This document shows positions 26,101 through 42,944 of a stretch of DNA of 64,000 nucleotides, one piece after another (the stretch's first letter is position 1; each line of letters starts with the position of its first letter). The stretch spans positions 17,298,001 through 17,362,000 of the forward strand of contig OX597838.1 of assembly GCA_951406725.2 (NCBI GenBank). The letters are read 5' to 3'. The DNA is from Octopus vulgaris. Its lineage: Eukaryota. The notes beneath the pieces were generated by a model, which did not search any database, was not told the DNA's origin, and saw only the letters and a list, made by a program, of their open reading frames with translations. Position numbers and translations under genes: made by a program.

Positions 26101-27244
26101 TTGAAGAACCCTTAGAGTCACGTAACTTTACGAGGCTTTACGCCAAACAATGAGGGAATTGAATTTGCAGCAGAAACCCACGTATTTGGAGCAGAAAGAT
26201 CTCAAATTTTAGCAGGTGTAGACACAGGTTTCTTTTATCGAATTGGAGAGCACCATCCACTCCGGATTGAGTCTTGCAGACTTAGTAATATTTTCTGTTA
26301 GTTTTGAAGATCCAATAGAAGTAGAATCAACAAAAAAAGTATTTCATTCAGTGAAAAATAAATATCGAATTAAACATAAAACCGAAAGAGCTACTCATAG
26401 TTTCGTGCCATTATGATACGTGAATAGGGATATTTATAAAATAAGCCATGTATCTTAAAGCAATTTTTTCGGTTTTGTTTATGCATTATATATAATTTTT
26501 AAAAATCAAGGGCGCTAGTCAATAAGCAAATAAGAAAAAACGTGAAAAACTAAAAGAAACACACATGCACGCACACACATACATACATAAATACATGCAT
26601 ACATGCATAAACGGATGCGATAATCCAGTTTCCGTCCAGCAAATTTTACTGAGAAGCCATTGGCTAACTTACGGATTTGGCAAATGACGCGTGTGATAGG
26701 TTGTGCAGAGGAATAAAATCAGGAACCATTGCCATGAGAAACGAATTCAGAATTGATGTATGTGATGGGAATCGGCTTCAATCATGACAAAGAAGCAGTA
26801 TACGGACGCTACTCTCCACGGAACCTGTTTGCTTTCCTTTCAAGAGACTCTCTTAAGTCAAGATTCCCCGGCATATTGCTTTGGCAAACGCTTTCTTCCC
26901 TATTAAACAAATTAGATCGTACAAATGAAAGACACTTTTTGTGAAGTAACATGAATTAATATAAACTTAATTGGTGTTAGAGAAATCGAATGGAATGATC
27001 CACAAATGATGCTTTGATAATGGCCTCCTCGTGAAGTTAATGTAAACAGCAGGGAGGTGATGGGGAGGAGTAGGAAGAAGAGGATGAGTAGGAATAAAAT
27101 ACGGGTTAATTCAGTGGCTGCACTACCAGCAACTGGCTTTACTTCAACAGCTTTCCATGACAGAAATAAATTGCTTTAAAACACTTTAGTTTCATCAGCT
27201 ATTTTAGGGTCTACGTTGTTAGCACGTCTATTTCACTATAGTAT

Positions 27245-27586
27245 TTACACACACATACATACATACATACATACATACATACATACATACATACATACAT
27301 ACATACATACATACATACATACATACATACATACATACATACTTGTATACATGTATATATAGATATAAGTACATGAATGGACATAATACGTAGATACAAT
27401 ATATATATATATATACATGCGTAGAAAATGCATACACATCTATATACAAGTATAAATACAGATATGTACTCACATACACCTACAAACATATATACACTTG
27501 CATATATATATATGTTTGTATACCTACAACTTATATACATATACATATATATATGTATATATATATATATATATGTATATATACAC

Positions 27587-27621
<35 letters not shown>

Positions 27622-27887
27622 CATTTACACACATACATACATACATACATACATACATACATACATACATACATACATACTTGTAGGCATGTATATATAG
27701 ATATAAGTACGTGAATGGACATATAATACGTAGATACGTTTTATATATATGTGCGTGTGTGTGTGTGTGTAGAAAATGCATACACATTTATCTACATACA
27801 AGTATAAATACACATATATGCACACACACATCTACAAACATACATACACTTGCATATATATATATGTATGTATAGATACATGTATAC

Positions 27888-27930
<43 letters not shown>

Positions 27931-27990
27931 TACATACATACATACATACATACATACATACATACATACATACATACATACATACATACA
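27245..27990. repeat. Tandem duplication (~338-bp period) of a (TACA)n plus unique block
   Basis: ACTTGTA..CATGTATATATAGATATAAGTAC.TGAATGGACATA...GTAGAAAATGCATACACAT occurs at ~27341 and ~27679. Confidence 0.85.
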
Positions 27991-28335
27991 TTAACACAAA
28001 TTCCAGGAACTGTCTTCACTCAAAACAAAGAAGCCCTGTCACTCTGTGAGCGATGGGCTTGAGTTCTTCCTGTATAAAAACGTCATAAAAATAAAACCTC
28101 CGAGCAGACATACATACATATATATATATACATGTTGACATCAGAAATATGCATAGAAACAAACATGCTTGCAAAAACATAAACAAGCGACTAAGCCTGT
28201 GCGTATATGTGCGTACTTATCTAAATGCGGAAAACCTACATACGCAAGTGTTTACAGACATATTTATACACCCCAACCGATCTACATGCCTTTCTACTTA
28301 CATACAAAAGATATATCTAAATAAAAATTTACATA

Positions 28336-28394
<59 letters not shown>

Positions 28395-28666
28395 ATACGT
28401 ACATAAATTCTTACCTAAATACAGTCATACTTACACATAACTATATATATATATACATACATATATACATATGTGCATACATACGTACCTACGTACCTAC
28501 GTACGTACATACGTATATATACATGCAAACTTACATACGTATATATACATATGCAAACTTACATACGTATATATACATGCAAACAAACTCTTATGTAAAA
28601 ACAGATAAAAACCAACTTACATACATAAACATTTAGGAAAAGACACACATACATACATCTGTATAC

Positions 28667-28700
<34 letters not shown>

Positions 28701-28779
28701 AAATTCCTACCTGAATACCGAAAAACCTACATATATACATAGATATTTATATACACATATTCATACACATTTACGCATA

Positions 28780-29506
28780 CATGCATACATACAAACATAC
28801 ATACATACATACATACATACATACATACATACATACAAATAAACATACATACATACATACATACAAACATACAAACATACATACATACATACATACAAAC
28901 ATACATACATACATACAAACATGCATACATACACGCATACAAACAAACATACATACATACATACATACATTCATACATACATTCATACATACATACATAC
29001 ATACATACATACATACAAACATACATACATACATACATACATACATACATACATACATACATACATACATACATACATACATACATACATACATACATAC
29101 ATACATACATACATACATACATACAAACATGCATACATACACGCATACAAACAAACATACATACATACATACATACAAACATACATACATTCATACATAC
29201 ATTCATACATACATACATACATACATACATACATACGTACATACATACGTACATACATTCATACATACATTCATACATACATACGTACATGCATACATAC
29301 ATTCATACATACAAACATACATACAAACATACATACATTCATACATACATACATACGTACATACATACATACATACATACATACATACATACATACATAA
29401 ATACATACATACATAAAACATACATACATACATTCATACATACATACATACATATACATACATACATACATACATACATACATACATACATACATACATG
29501 CATGCA
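28780..29506. repeat. Long (TACA)n array with duplicated variant blocks
   Basis: Direct inspection. Confidence 0.95.
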
Positions 29507-29508
29507 TA

Positions 29509-29950
29509 GCTGGGATGGTTCTATGATCGGTTGTTGTTACAGAGTTGTCGCATTCTTCCGAGCAGACCTTGTTAACCTGCTCAGAATATGGCGAATGCTG
29601 AGATTGGAATCACAGACTGGTTGCAGTTGCGCATGCAAAACGTGCAGCTGAAAGCCAGTAGATACACGTGACCGAAAGCTACGAGCCCGGAGCGCGATTT
29701 AATCTGACGTCTAACTTATACACGGATTTCTCTGAATGTATTCCTCCTGGATTCTGCGAAGCACATGGTCTGTTGATTAATGTGCAGGATGGGTGTGCAG
29801 GAGGCTGTGCCGAACAGCTCCTCATCAACTGCGCTGTCCTTAAGGAAGTGAAATAGGACAGCCCAAACCCGTCTGAATGGTTAAACAATTAGACAGCTTT
29901 TGACTCTGTTTCTCACTCATGGGTAATAGGCCCTATAGGACCAGAAGATG
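29509..29950 (+). mobile_element. Decayed R4/Dong-type RT fragment (copy 1)
   Basis: ...GCAGGCAEQLLINCAVLKEVK*...WLNN*TAFDSVSHSWV matches GCxEQLLIx...WxDYxKAFDSVxHxW. Confidence 0.75.
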
Positions 29951-30074
29951 TTTAGCCCCGAACAGCCATCAATATTCTTCAAGGCAAAGCCGTAAGCTCA
30001 TAGAATCGTTAGCAAGCCGGTGAAAGTGCTTAGCAGCATTTTGACCGGCGTGGGATCTTCGGCAACCGTAATTG

Positions 30075-30705
<631 letters not shown>

Positions 30706-31406
30706 GTGTTAGAAAAAAGGACGTTAGAAAAAGTATAAAAACATTTATCTTTTCACAGCCAGTACACGCATTCCATTTTCTCATCTGTTCATGAGCGCAA
30801 AACGTGATGTTTTCACTTCTAAGCTATTCTATATATAAAAGACACGCAAACTGAAGGGCCAGCTCTTGATCATCAAATTTTTAATGTGCTGAATAAATAA
30901 ATATCTTTTTTTCTTTTCTCTTCAGTTGTATATATCCACGTTTCAGGAGAATGGGAAAATCTCTTTTGTTGGAAATTTATGGCTTTAGTGTTTCTAAGCT
31001 GGAAATTCCTCAATGAATGTAAATGGAAACTCTAGTCAGTATTTCATTTTAAGCTGAGATGTGTCGTCCATTAATGAGATGCGTAGAATGGCTTTACAGC
31101 TATTAATTTTAAAGATAAATAGGGAGTCCTCAAGAGTACTTCTGATATTCTTCCGGCCTACAATGTATATATGTGTGTGTGTGTGATGGAAGGGGTGTGT
31201 GTGTGTGTATTTATGTTTGTGTGTGGTGGTGGCAGTGGTTGTGGGGCTGTTTTCTCTTTTTAAGCACAGAATAGAGGAAGGATTAATGCGTGCATATTTA
31301 TGTGGAGTAGATGATGGATTGTTAGGTGCTAGAGTTTGTATAGGCGTATAGATGGAGATATGCTGATACACTATCTCTCATACACACATTCACACACATA
31401 CACATA

Positions 31407-31440
<34 letters not shown>

Positions 31441-31441
<1 letters not shown>

Positions 31442-31746
31442 TCTATAGGCCATGAATGAGAAACAGAGTCAAAAGCTCTCTTATAGTTTAGCCATTTAGA
31501 CGGGTTTTGGCCGTCCTATTCCACTTCCTTAAGGACAGCGCGGTCGATGAGGAGCTGTTCGGCACAGCCTCAAACCCCTCCTGCACATTAGTCAACAGAC
31601 CTTGTGCTTCGCAGAATCCAGGAGGAATACATTCAGAGAAATCCGTGTATAAGTTAGACGTCAGATTAAATTGCGCTCCGGGCTCGTAGCTTTTGATCAC
31701 GTGTATCAACTGGCTTTCAACTGCAAGTTTTGCATGCGTAACTGCG
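31441..31746 (-). mobile_element. Decayed R4/Dong-type RT fragment (copy 2, inverted)
   Basis: Reverse complement of 29623-29940; GCAEQLLIDRAVLKEVE*...WLNYKRAFDSVSHSW. Confidence 0.78.
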
Positions 31747-31756
31747 TATGTATGTA

Positions 31757-32030
31757 TTCTTTCTTTTCTTCTTTTGCTTGTTTCAGTCACTTGACTGCGG
31801 CCATGGTGGGGCACCGCCTTTAGTCGAACAAATCTACCCCAGGACTTATTCTTTGTAAGCCTAGTACTTATTCTATTGGTCTCTTTTGCCGAAACGCTAA
31901 GTGACGGGGACGTAAACACCCCAGTGTCGGTTGTCAAGTGATGGTGGGGGGACAAACCCAGACACACAAACACACACACACAAACACACAAACACACACA
32001 CAAACACATACACACGCATATATATATACG
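31757..32030 (-). mobile_element. SINE family A, 3' half
   Basis: Matches 42692-42950. Confidence 0.9.
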
Positions 32031-32374
32031 CCGGAAGGAGTGAAAAGCTAGAGCGCAAGATTAAGGAAGACATGACGCGCGATCAGAATGTTTAGGGAAA
32101 ACTCGTCGTCCATTTTCCTGACAGCACCTGGAGCGTAGAAGAGCTAAGAAGATATACATAAGTTAGTGCCTTTCTCTACTTGGAAAATTATCTAAGCAAC
32201 ACCTTCAAGAGCCATCAGCTATGTAAAATATAGTTTCTGCGTTTAGATCCTTGAGGCATCCCGTCTGCGTATGTTTTCAATGTGATTTATACACTGTTTT
32301 CCTTTCAACTTCTTTCATTGAGGATATTTACTTAGTGTCTTGTGGAAGGCCATGAATAATTTGTGAGCGTATGA

Positions 32375-32431
<57 letters not shown>

Positions 32432-32769
32432 CGTGTAAATATATATATATAAACCTCACTAAGATAAACATTTCAATCACCTGAAGATTGACTGTAACTC
32501 GAATTTTTACGAATTGGACAGCCATGAAACGATCGTAGTGTTATACTCATTATCTTTTTTAATAATTTTGATATATATTTAAAATAATATAAATTAATTA
32601 ATCTTATGTATTGGCTTAAGTTTTTCATTGTATGATTTGCCTAATAGTGGTTTTATCTTTAATTTAATATAATATAATATTTTACTATAAAATTGGATTC
32701 AATCCTAAATCTGATTTTTCCCTGTAAGTTTGGATTTTTCCCTGTAAGTAATTTATATATATATATATA

Positions 32770-32865
<96 letters not shown>

Positions 32866-33519
32866 ACCATCAAAGATGCCTTGCACACGCAAAAAATTCA
32901 GAAGCAATTTAAAGATATTGCAAATTCCTTTCCTGATGATGGCTAACGCTATCGCAATGCTGGAACCCCTCTTGTTGCTTTAGCAGAAATCTCAGGTTCC
33001 CAAGCCTTTTGCACCTCCGTCTATACTCTTCGTCTGAATGAGCAGCGAGAAGCAAATTAGCCTTATTCTGCAGAAACGTTTCTTTAGTCACTTGTTAACT
33101 ACAACCAACTCCAACGTGCCTCAGCAGCCATGGCTATCATCTGGGAAGCTTTCTTAAGTTGTTTGCGTTCCGGATCAATCTTCTGCCGCAAGTAGAGCAC
33201 TGATCCTGTTGGGAATCTGTGGCAGCCGTCTTCAAAAGGGGATGAGCTTGCTCAATCAGTTATTGAAATTTGACTTTCTTCAGTTCATCAGAAATGTCAG
33301 TCTGTCCTTTCAAGACATTGGATGTTCAGCCAAAAGGATCGCTTTTATGCTCCTGGTTAGAAGAAACATGTCGGAGTGATGTTATTTGTAACTCTTCTAT
33401 AGAGATGAGTTTATCCTTCAAATCTATTTGCATCTTTCAGTCAGAGGCTTGGTGGAAAATAGAAAACGAGTCCCCTCAGCTCGTTTTCCTTCTTGTATGC
33501 CGTAACAGATGTATATAAT

Positions 33520-33710
33520 GCGTTCACTTTCTCTGTTTTTCTTCCCCTTCTTTCTCCCCTTCTCTGACATTTCTTTGGGATAAGGAGTGGATGCTCGAAA
33601 CATAAAACGCATTTCCTTCTTTTTTTCTCATTTCCTGTGTGTTAACCTAATACTCTCTGTATTTGCTTTTCTTTTTTTCATACTTTGCTTTCGTGTTATA
33701 TTTTTTGCAA
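33520..33710 (+). mobile_element. PLE-type 3' module with degenerate HHR (33574-33607)
   Basis: GAGT ggat GCTC GAAAC ATA AAA; same layout as 10130-10320; 5' core eroded; ends on (TA)/(TG). Confidence 0.55.
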
Positions 33711-33749
33711 TATATGTATATATATATGCGTGTGTGTTTCTATGTGTTG

Positions 33750-33787
<38 letters not shown>

Positions 33788-34312
33788 AGTGTGTATGCGC
33801 GCGTGTGTATTAACAGAGTGACTAATGAATGTATTGAAATGATTGATCCTAAATGCGTCGCAGTACTAAAACGCTCATCCAGGCAATGGCTTATTTTTAC
33901 CAACGAAGAGAACACCTCACAGTTTGTATATAATGTAGCAAATAATGGATTTAGTACTTGCATATGGTGATTGCTGTGGCTTTATCAATGCTCTTAGTGT
34001 TGTGACTCATATAGGCAGCTGCTCTTGGGAGTATGTGGTTGGATGTGATGGGAAGCTCAGTAGCTTCTAATTAAAAATTATGTTCTTATCTCTTTTTGAA
34101 TAGAGTTGGTGCGTAAAAAACTCGGAGTGGTTCTCGTGCCAGAAAGTAGAAACTGGAATTTTCTATTTGTTTCTTTTTTTTTTTTCGTATATTTTTGAGT
34201 AGTTTTGCTTTGAATTTGAATCCACCGCGATTCATATTTCAGGTTTGCTTCACACCAACTCTAAATTTTGAAGTGATAACGAAAAATGATGACCATACTG
34301 CAATTGCCGATG

Positions 34313-35460
<1,148 letters not shown>

Positions 35461-35708
35461 CACGTACCTGTCATTGTCTAATCATTGTTTTCTCTTCACA
35501 GTCACGGCCCCGTCTATGGATGGGGGGGAACGAAATTTCTATCATCTTCCAGCCTATAGATAATAGAAGGAATGAAAGGCACCGAAGAGCGCAACTTGTC
35601 GGAAATGTAAGTGCCTTGTGTAAATCTTCAGTTAGTTGATACCTGGCGTAGATATTTAGTCTAGATATCAGATTGCATGCTGCTAATCTGCTAGTCCGCT
35701 ATTCTGTG

Positions 35709-35739
<31 letters not shown>

Positions 35740-36406
35740 TCAGTAAAAAAGAAATATGATTCAAAATGAAAGAAATAAGAAACAATTCGCTGACTTTCGG
35801 GGCTGAACCATGAAATCTCTTGGCAAAAGTTTCCAATTACGTGACTCGATTAAAAATGATCCAAAATTCTCGTAAGCCTCCTTAGTAACATTTATTAGTA
35901 TTTCATTTTTGGTCTGAAACCGATGCAAACGATATTTTTTTTTTTTTTTTTTTTTAGTTACTCTTAACCTGGAGGCAATTCCTGATCGGTTAATGGTATG
36001 TTATCTCTCTCCTGCAATAAGGAGAAAAATGAAAAAAAAAAAAAAAAAAAGAAAAATTTAAACATTCTAAATTATTTGAAGACAAAGAATCAGAAATGCG
36101 AACAAATTAATTATCAATGCGGATATTTCTTTCTTTTATATGATGATAATAATAATAATCATCGCTGTTATCATCGTCACTATCACGACCATAATCACTA
36201 TTATCACCGTTAATATAATCACCGTCGTCGTCATCGTTGCCGCCATCGTCATCTTCGCCGTCGTCGTCGTCGTCGTTACCATCATCAACATCATCATCAT
36301 CATCAACACTAAATGTGCTTTAAGTTGCGTTAGTCTTATGAAGTGAGCTGTTTTGCCTAGTTTTGTAGTTTGTCAGATGTTCTGTGCTATCAGCTTTAAC
36401 TGTTGA

Positions 36407-36407
<1 letters not shown>

Positions 36408-36442
<35 letters not shown>

Positions 36443-36474
36443 CATTATTATCATTATTATTATTATTATTATTA

Positions 36475-36541
<67 letters not shown>
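36408..36541. repeat. (ATT)n microsatellite
   Basis: Direct inspection. Confidence 0.95.
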
Positions 36542-36542
<1 letters not shown>

Positions 36543-36921
36543 TCCTTCTGTTTCAGTCGCGTCCATCTCCACCCTCTCTCTCTCTCTCTGACACATATTT
36601 TCTCTCTGGCTAAATTCCCTTCTTTCTCTAACTTATAAAAACAAATTTATGTACTCAAGTTTCCTAATCATAAACTGAGCCCATACTTAAGCCAATCAAC
36701 GTATTTATCCAGTGTCAACTCTGCACAATAGTACTGGAAAATATCCATTTATATCTCCGCCTCTTTGTCCACATCTATCTCTCTTTTTTTCATCTACAAA
36801 CACTTATATGTACACACAAACATGTATGCATATTTATATGCATATGTATAATGCTATATATAAATACATACACACACATATATATAATATAATATAATAT
36901 AATATAATATAATATAATATA

Positions 36922-36959
<38 letters not shown>

Positions 36960-37019
36960 TATATTATATTATATTATATTATATTATATTATATTATATT
37001 ATATATATATTATATATAT

Positions 37020-37083
<64 letters not shown>

Positions 37084-37299
37084 CACATATGCATTTAGAG
37101 ATATATTCAATGTCTGCACATGTGAATTGCATATGGACGTATAATTTACTTCAGTAGTTAGTAAGAGTCTATAGCATTATCTCCATGGTCGATTAAAATG
37201 CGTATTCAGTCGCTAAGGACATCCCAACTAAGGAGTAAAACTAATCTGGCTAATATTCTGTTTCTGTTCACAGTGACATTGTCTATGTAGACAAGGTAA

Positions 37300-38583
37300 T
37301 TAGGTCGTCAAGTATGAAATTTGTAGAAAAGAAAATAAGTTTGTTAATGTTTTATAAATACAAGGAATAGTTTTATTCATCAAAGTATGAACCCATATTG
37401 TCAATACACTGCTGCCGTTTCAGCGGTAGCTTGTCCAGCCCGGAACTGTAAAACCCTGGCAATCTAGAGTCAATAAAATCTTGGAAGGCCTGTTTTACAG
37501 CATCGTCGGAATTTCCTATAAAAAACTTATTCAAATTCTGGAAGAGGTGGTAGTCAGTGGGGGCAAGATCAGGTGAGTATGGTGGATGACGGAGAACTTC
37601 CAACTCCAACTCCTGTAATTTCGCCAATGTCATTTTTGCGATGTATTCTGGCGTTTTCTAGCAATAAAATAGGAGTGGATCTGTTGACTAATCTAGGCTG
37701 ATTTTCTTTTGTAAGTTTCTGAATGATTTGGTCCAATTGGCTGCAGTGTACTTCGGCCGTGATTGATGAGCCAGGTTTAATGAAATCATAATGGATCACA
37801 CCTATGCCAGACCACCAAACACACATCATCAGCTTCTTTTGATGAATTTTGCTTTTTGGACTGTATTCTAGTGGCTAGTCTTTGTCCAACCATTGTGCTG
37901 AACGTTTACGGTTGCTGTATTGGATCTCTTTCTCATCACATATTACAATTCGATTAAAAAATGATTCATTTTTGTGACGAGAAAGTAGCATAATGCAGTC
38001 TTCCAAACGTTGCTGTTTCTACTTTTCATTGAGTTCATGTGGAACCGACTTATCCAACTTTTTCCCTTTACCGATTTTAACTAGGTGAGTCAATATTGTT
38101 TGCTTGCTAACATCAAACGACAACGATAATTCACGGGCACTTTGAGACGGATCTGATTCGACGTCGGCTTTCAGTTCGTCATTAGCTATCTTTGTGTCTG
38201 GTCAACCGCTTTGCTCATTTGTGAGGTCAAAGTTACCAGAGACGAAATTCTGCAAACCAATTTGATACTGTCTCTTATGTAATAACATTAGAATGAAATA
38301 CTCCATAAATATTCCGAGCGGTGATACTGTTGTATTTCCAAGAAAGAACTCATATTTCAAAACTGTACGAATTTCCGACTTATCCATCTCTAAACAAAAA
38401 TAGCAAAAAAAAAAAACGATTTATAAATACTTTATAAAGCGCAAAAGGAGTTAGAATAAAGAAATAGATGTGTCAGCTTTCAAACAAAACATAAATATTG
38501 TCAAAATATAATAAAGGCGCAAAATGAGCAGCTGTCAAAGTTTACCATATACTTTACTACAAATTTCATACTTGACGGCCTAA
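37300..38583 (-). mobile_element. Full-length mariner transposon (inactive)
   Basis: 27-bp TIRs TTAGG(T/C)CGTCAAGTATGAAATTTGTAG; TA at 38584; ~1.28 kb. Confidence 0.96.
37373..38387 (-). pseudogene. Mariner transposase, frameshifted
   Basis: MDKSEIRTVLKYEF...VPHELNE...IVICDEK...MMCVWW...LLLENAR...HPPYSPDLAPTDYHLF across several frames. Confidence 0.93.
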
Positions 38584-38924
38584 TATTTACACCTGACTAT
38601 TACACAGGGTGTTGGCGAAAAAAACCTAGGATAGTATTAAAAGAAAACACAGTCAATTAAACAACCTGCCAAGAATCCTTTTTATATACAGCCTGATATT
38701 GCAGATTCACTTAAGTATTTAGTATTAAGGAGTCCATAAGCATTGATACACACACATACACACACACACAATATAGTATATATAAAATGCGTATGTGTGC
38801 TGTACTTTGTACGCAGAACGGTATAAATAGGAGAAGGCGATATTAAGTGTCCAATATAAGTCAGTTGATGTATTGGAGAGTAGAGTGACTGCGACTTTCA
38901 ATTTCCGATTCAGAAGACCACTTG

Positions 38925-38969
38925 ACAATCTGAAGAATCAGTCAACCCTACCGAAATGATCGATTTTGT
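38925..38969 (+). ncRNA. Candidate hammerhead ribozyme (core intact, stem II eroded)
   Basis: ACAAU-CUGAAGA...C-GAAAU gaucg AUU-UUGU, ~105 nt before (TA)/(TAAA) arrays. Confidence 0.5.
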
Positions 38970-39117
38970 ATCCGACCAACAAATAAATATCTATGAAAGC
39001 CGTGAAAGGCATCGTAAATTACTCAACAGGGAATAAATTCTTTCGAGATTTTTATCATGGAGTCATAAGAGGTTTATATACACACACAAATAAATAAATA
39101 AGTAAATAAATAAATAA

Positions 39118-39178
<61 letters not shown>

Positions 39179-39313
39179 TTTTGCTTATGGTAACGTTTAG
39201 AATATGCAAATAAAGTTCCTATTCCGTTATGCTAGCCAATGTCTAATGATACCGACTAGTGAGCTACTTTCTCGTGGTTGCATCCAGTTATACCGATATA
39301 AGATATAAGATGA

Positions 39314-39373
<60 letters not shown>

Positions 39374-39384
39374 TAATAATAATA

Positions 39385-39422
<38 letters not shown>

Positions 39423-39522
39423 TAATAACAATAATAATAACAACAACAATAATCCTAGGATGGAATTTATAAACATTTAACGTATCGCTACCAAAGTTTT
39501 CCCAAATCACATGACTTCTTAG

Positions 39523-39617
39523 ATCGCAATCGGTATTCCTGGGATGATTGCAGTATAGTTCGTAGTATCCGCGGGCATCCGGTTGAATATCTTCATTGAT
39601 TCATTTCTTCAGGCGAT
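39523..39617 (-). ncRNA. Degenerate hammerhead-like motif
   Basis: AUCGC-CUGAAGA...GGAAU accg AUU-GCGAU; perfect 5-bp stem I, GAAA mutated; ~70 nt before (ATT)n. Confidence 0.4.
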
Positions 39618-39734
39618 ATAACATTAGTAGATGAACCACAGAGGGATGTTTGTCTCTTTTTACCAGTCTGAAGGTCAAGCGAGATATATATAAATATATA
39701 TATGTATATATATATATATAAATATAATTATATA

Positions 39735-39770
<36 letters not shown>

Positions 39771-39816
39771 AATATAAATATATAAATATATATATATATA
39801 CATATATAAATATATA

Positions 39817-39848
<32 letters not shown>

Positions 39849-39855
39849 AATATAA

Positions 39856-39924
<69 letters not shown>

Positions 39925-40138
39925 CATATATAGACATATATACATATACATATATATGCATATATATATTTATATATACACACATATATGTGTGTGTATA
40001 TGTACACACATACATATCAGAATAATATAACAGAAGAATGGAAAATACCTGGTTTTAACAGCAAATCACAACATTTGTTTCTGCATCGGACACCAGCATT
40101 AAGTTGCCGTGTTTACATTTATATATCATTATATAAGA

Positions 40139-40545
40139 GTAGCAGTATCGCCCGGCGTTGCTCGGGTTTGTAAGGGAAATAACTATAAAGCATTTTTAGA
40201 GAGTTATAGCCAAAAAATAGCAAAAAAGTGCATTAAAAATGGAAAGAAATATGATGGTAAATTTTTTTTAAAAATCGTTGACTCATCGTAGACATTTTTA
40301 GAGAATTGCTTCCCTTATATTTAAAAAATATGCATTAAAATGGAAAAAAATGATGGTAAATTATTTTAAAAATCGTTGACTCATTGTAGACTCATCGTAG
40401 ACGCGCGATAATACCCAGAAGGGCTTGATATGAATCACGACTATAAGATACCCGGTTTTGGTTAAACTGCACCACAAAATGTGGGAGTAGTTAGGAATCT
40501 AAATCGGAGTAGACAGACACACAACCTTACTTTTATATATAAAGA
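40139..40545 (-). mobile_element. Non-autonomous Helitron with family E 3' end but a different 5' half
   Basis: Same 3' ~120 nt as 18847 and 45449; 5' end A|TCTTTATATATAAAAG followed by (TG/TCTG)n. Confidence 0.82.
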
Positions 40546-40803
40546 TTACTCCTTAGAGTTACAATATAATTAAATATTTTTCAGCAACAGTTTTGTGTGA
40601 GTGCTTCCTCAGATGTAAATTCGATCAAGGCCTCTCAGATTTTGGGGAATTTCCTCGGAAATGCGATGTCTTATATAATGGTATATTATATAAACTCAAA
40701 CAATTGAAGCTTGTGTCCACTGCAGAAACAAATGTTGCGGTTTGCTATTAAAGACTGATATTTTTTTATCCTCGTGTTATATTATTCTCTCTCTCTCTAC
40801 ACA

Positions 40804-40871
<68 letters not shown>

Positions 40872-41689
40872 TATGTTTACAAGGTTAGTCGTGCGTTTTT
40901 GAATGTCGAACCCATCAGACAGCATTCAGATGAACTCGTCGATATTCGAAAGGATCGTGGCCAGGCCCTGTAAGTGCCATCATCTAATTAAACTCATACT
41001 CCACTTTGAAATATACTATTGAGTACACGAACTTAAAATATGAATCTTCTAGATTTTAGAAAGATTTACATATAAATTGAATGCCTGGAGGTCGTTCCAA
41101 ATTCACTTACCTACTAATTTCACATCATATCCTGAAGGTTTCTTGTCTTTAAAACTGCTCAAATTTTAAAGTAGAAAATGGCCACCGTCCTCATATTGTT
41201 GTAGCGTCATCTCACAACTCCATTCCCATCCTTTAATGAAGTCTACTGTTTCACATGATAAATTCCTTTGCTTATTACTGTCTCGTCGGAGTTGAGACTA
41301 CATTTAGAATTTCCTCACCCCATGATTTCCAACAAGCATTGATTTCTTGACTTCAAGTCGAATACCATTTAGATTCATCTCATCCTTACGACAGGTGGTT
41401 CTAGTTAGTGAGACTCAACGAATATAAAGTAATATTGCAAATAATATCAAAAAACGCACGGAGAATATTTCGCTATCATGTTAAATATGATATTGTTATC
41501 AAGTCAAACAGGTGTTATTGTTGCAACTAGAATTTCACCATGAAGGCAAACAAAATTATCTGTTTAAGAGCTATGATTTAATTTTTCTCGGGTAATTCAC
41601 TTTGTCTGTTAGACTAGGGGGTAGTCAGGTTTCAAAAACATCTTGGAAGAATGAAGATTTTTTTTTTCATTATAGAACATTTAGCATTT

Positions 41690-41800
41690 TAACACACACA
41701 CAAACACACACACACACACATATGTAAACGACGGAATTGTTTCAGTTTCCGTCTACCAAATCCACTTAGCCGGCCCGAGGCTATAGTAGAAGATATTTGC
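41690..41800 (-). mobile_element. SINE family A fragment
   Basis: TTTCAGTTTCCGTCTACCAAATCCACT...GCTATAGTAGAAGA. Confidence 0.8.
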
Positions 41801-41804
41801 AATA

Positions 41805-42205
41805 GGCGTAGGAGTGGCTGTGTGGTAAGTAGCTTGCTTACCAACCACATGGTTTCGCGTTCATTTCCACTTGGGCAAGTGTCTTCTACTATAGCCTCGG
41901 GCCGACCAAAGCCTTGTGAGTGGATTTGGTAGACGGAAACTGAAAGAATCCCGTCATATATATATATATGTATATTTATATATACATATGTGTGTGTGTG
42001 TGTTTGTTCCCCCAACATCGCTTGACAACCGATACTGGTGTGTTTACGACCCCGTAACTTAAGCGGTTCGGCAAAAGATACCGATAGAATAAGTACTAGG
42101 CTTACAAAGAATAAGTCCTGGGGTCGATTTGCTCGACTAAAGGCGGTGCTCCAGCATGGCCACAGTCAAATGACAGAAACAAGTAAGAGAGTAAAAGAGA
42201 GTAAA
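41805..42205 (+). mobile_element. SINE family A
   Basis: Colinear with 50444-50868. Confidence 0.93.
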
Positions 42206-42328
42206 AAATAGTGCATTAGATTGGTTATCTAGTACCACCTGTCATAATGACGAGATGAACCTAATTGGCATTCGACTTAAAGTCAAGTGGTTGGGAAGCA
42301 AGCTTCTTACCACACATCCATACCTGCA

Positions 42329-42405
<77 letters not shown>

Positions 42406-42691
42406 CTGAAGTCAAAATATCTCACCGATTACATATTTCCTCCGGAGGACACCGATGAGTTAGTAACGCAAGTAATATTAAATAACTCTCGATATACCAA
42501 AACTAAGAGAATAATATCTCTCTAGCTTTCCTTTAGATAGTCATTCTCTCGAAAGCAGCCTTTTGTTGACAATTGAAACAATAAATAAGAGGGAAAAAGT
42601 GAAAGCCCTTGCTTCCATTTGTAGTTAGGCATATTGAAAGTAATATAGCAGAAGAGAGCAGAAACAGATTACTTGATATACGTATTCAGAA

Positions 42692-42913
42692 TACTCTTTT
42701 ACTCTCTTTTACTCTTTTACTTGTTTCAGTCATTTGACTGCGGCCATGCTGGAGCACCGCCTTTAGTCGAGCAAATCGACCCTGGGACTTATTCTTTGTA
42801 AGCGCAGTACTTATTCTATCGGTCTCTTTTGTCGAACCGCTAAGTGACGGGCACGTAAACACACCAGCATCGGTTGTCAAGCAATGCTTAGGGAGACAGA
42901 CACACAAACACAT

Positions 42914-42944
<31 letters not shown>

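Noticed and set aside
28727-29507. MYVC/HTYI repeat ORFs
   Set aside because: Translations of a (TACA)n microsatellite.
30926-31018. Exon after a strong polypyrimidine acceptor
   Set aside because: Weak donor and no recognisable peptide.
37373-38387. Active mariner transposase or SETMAR-like domesticated gene
   Set aside because: Multiple frameshifts, the second catalytic Asp is altered (LENAR), and TIRs are still present.
42449-42500. CCGATGAG...CGATA HHR-like relic
   Set aside because: GAAA and the cleavage-site stems are not recoverable.
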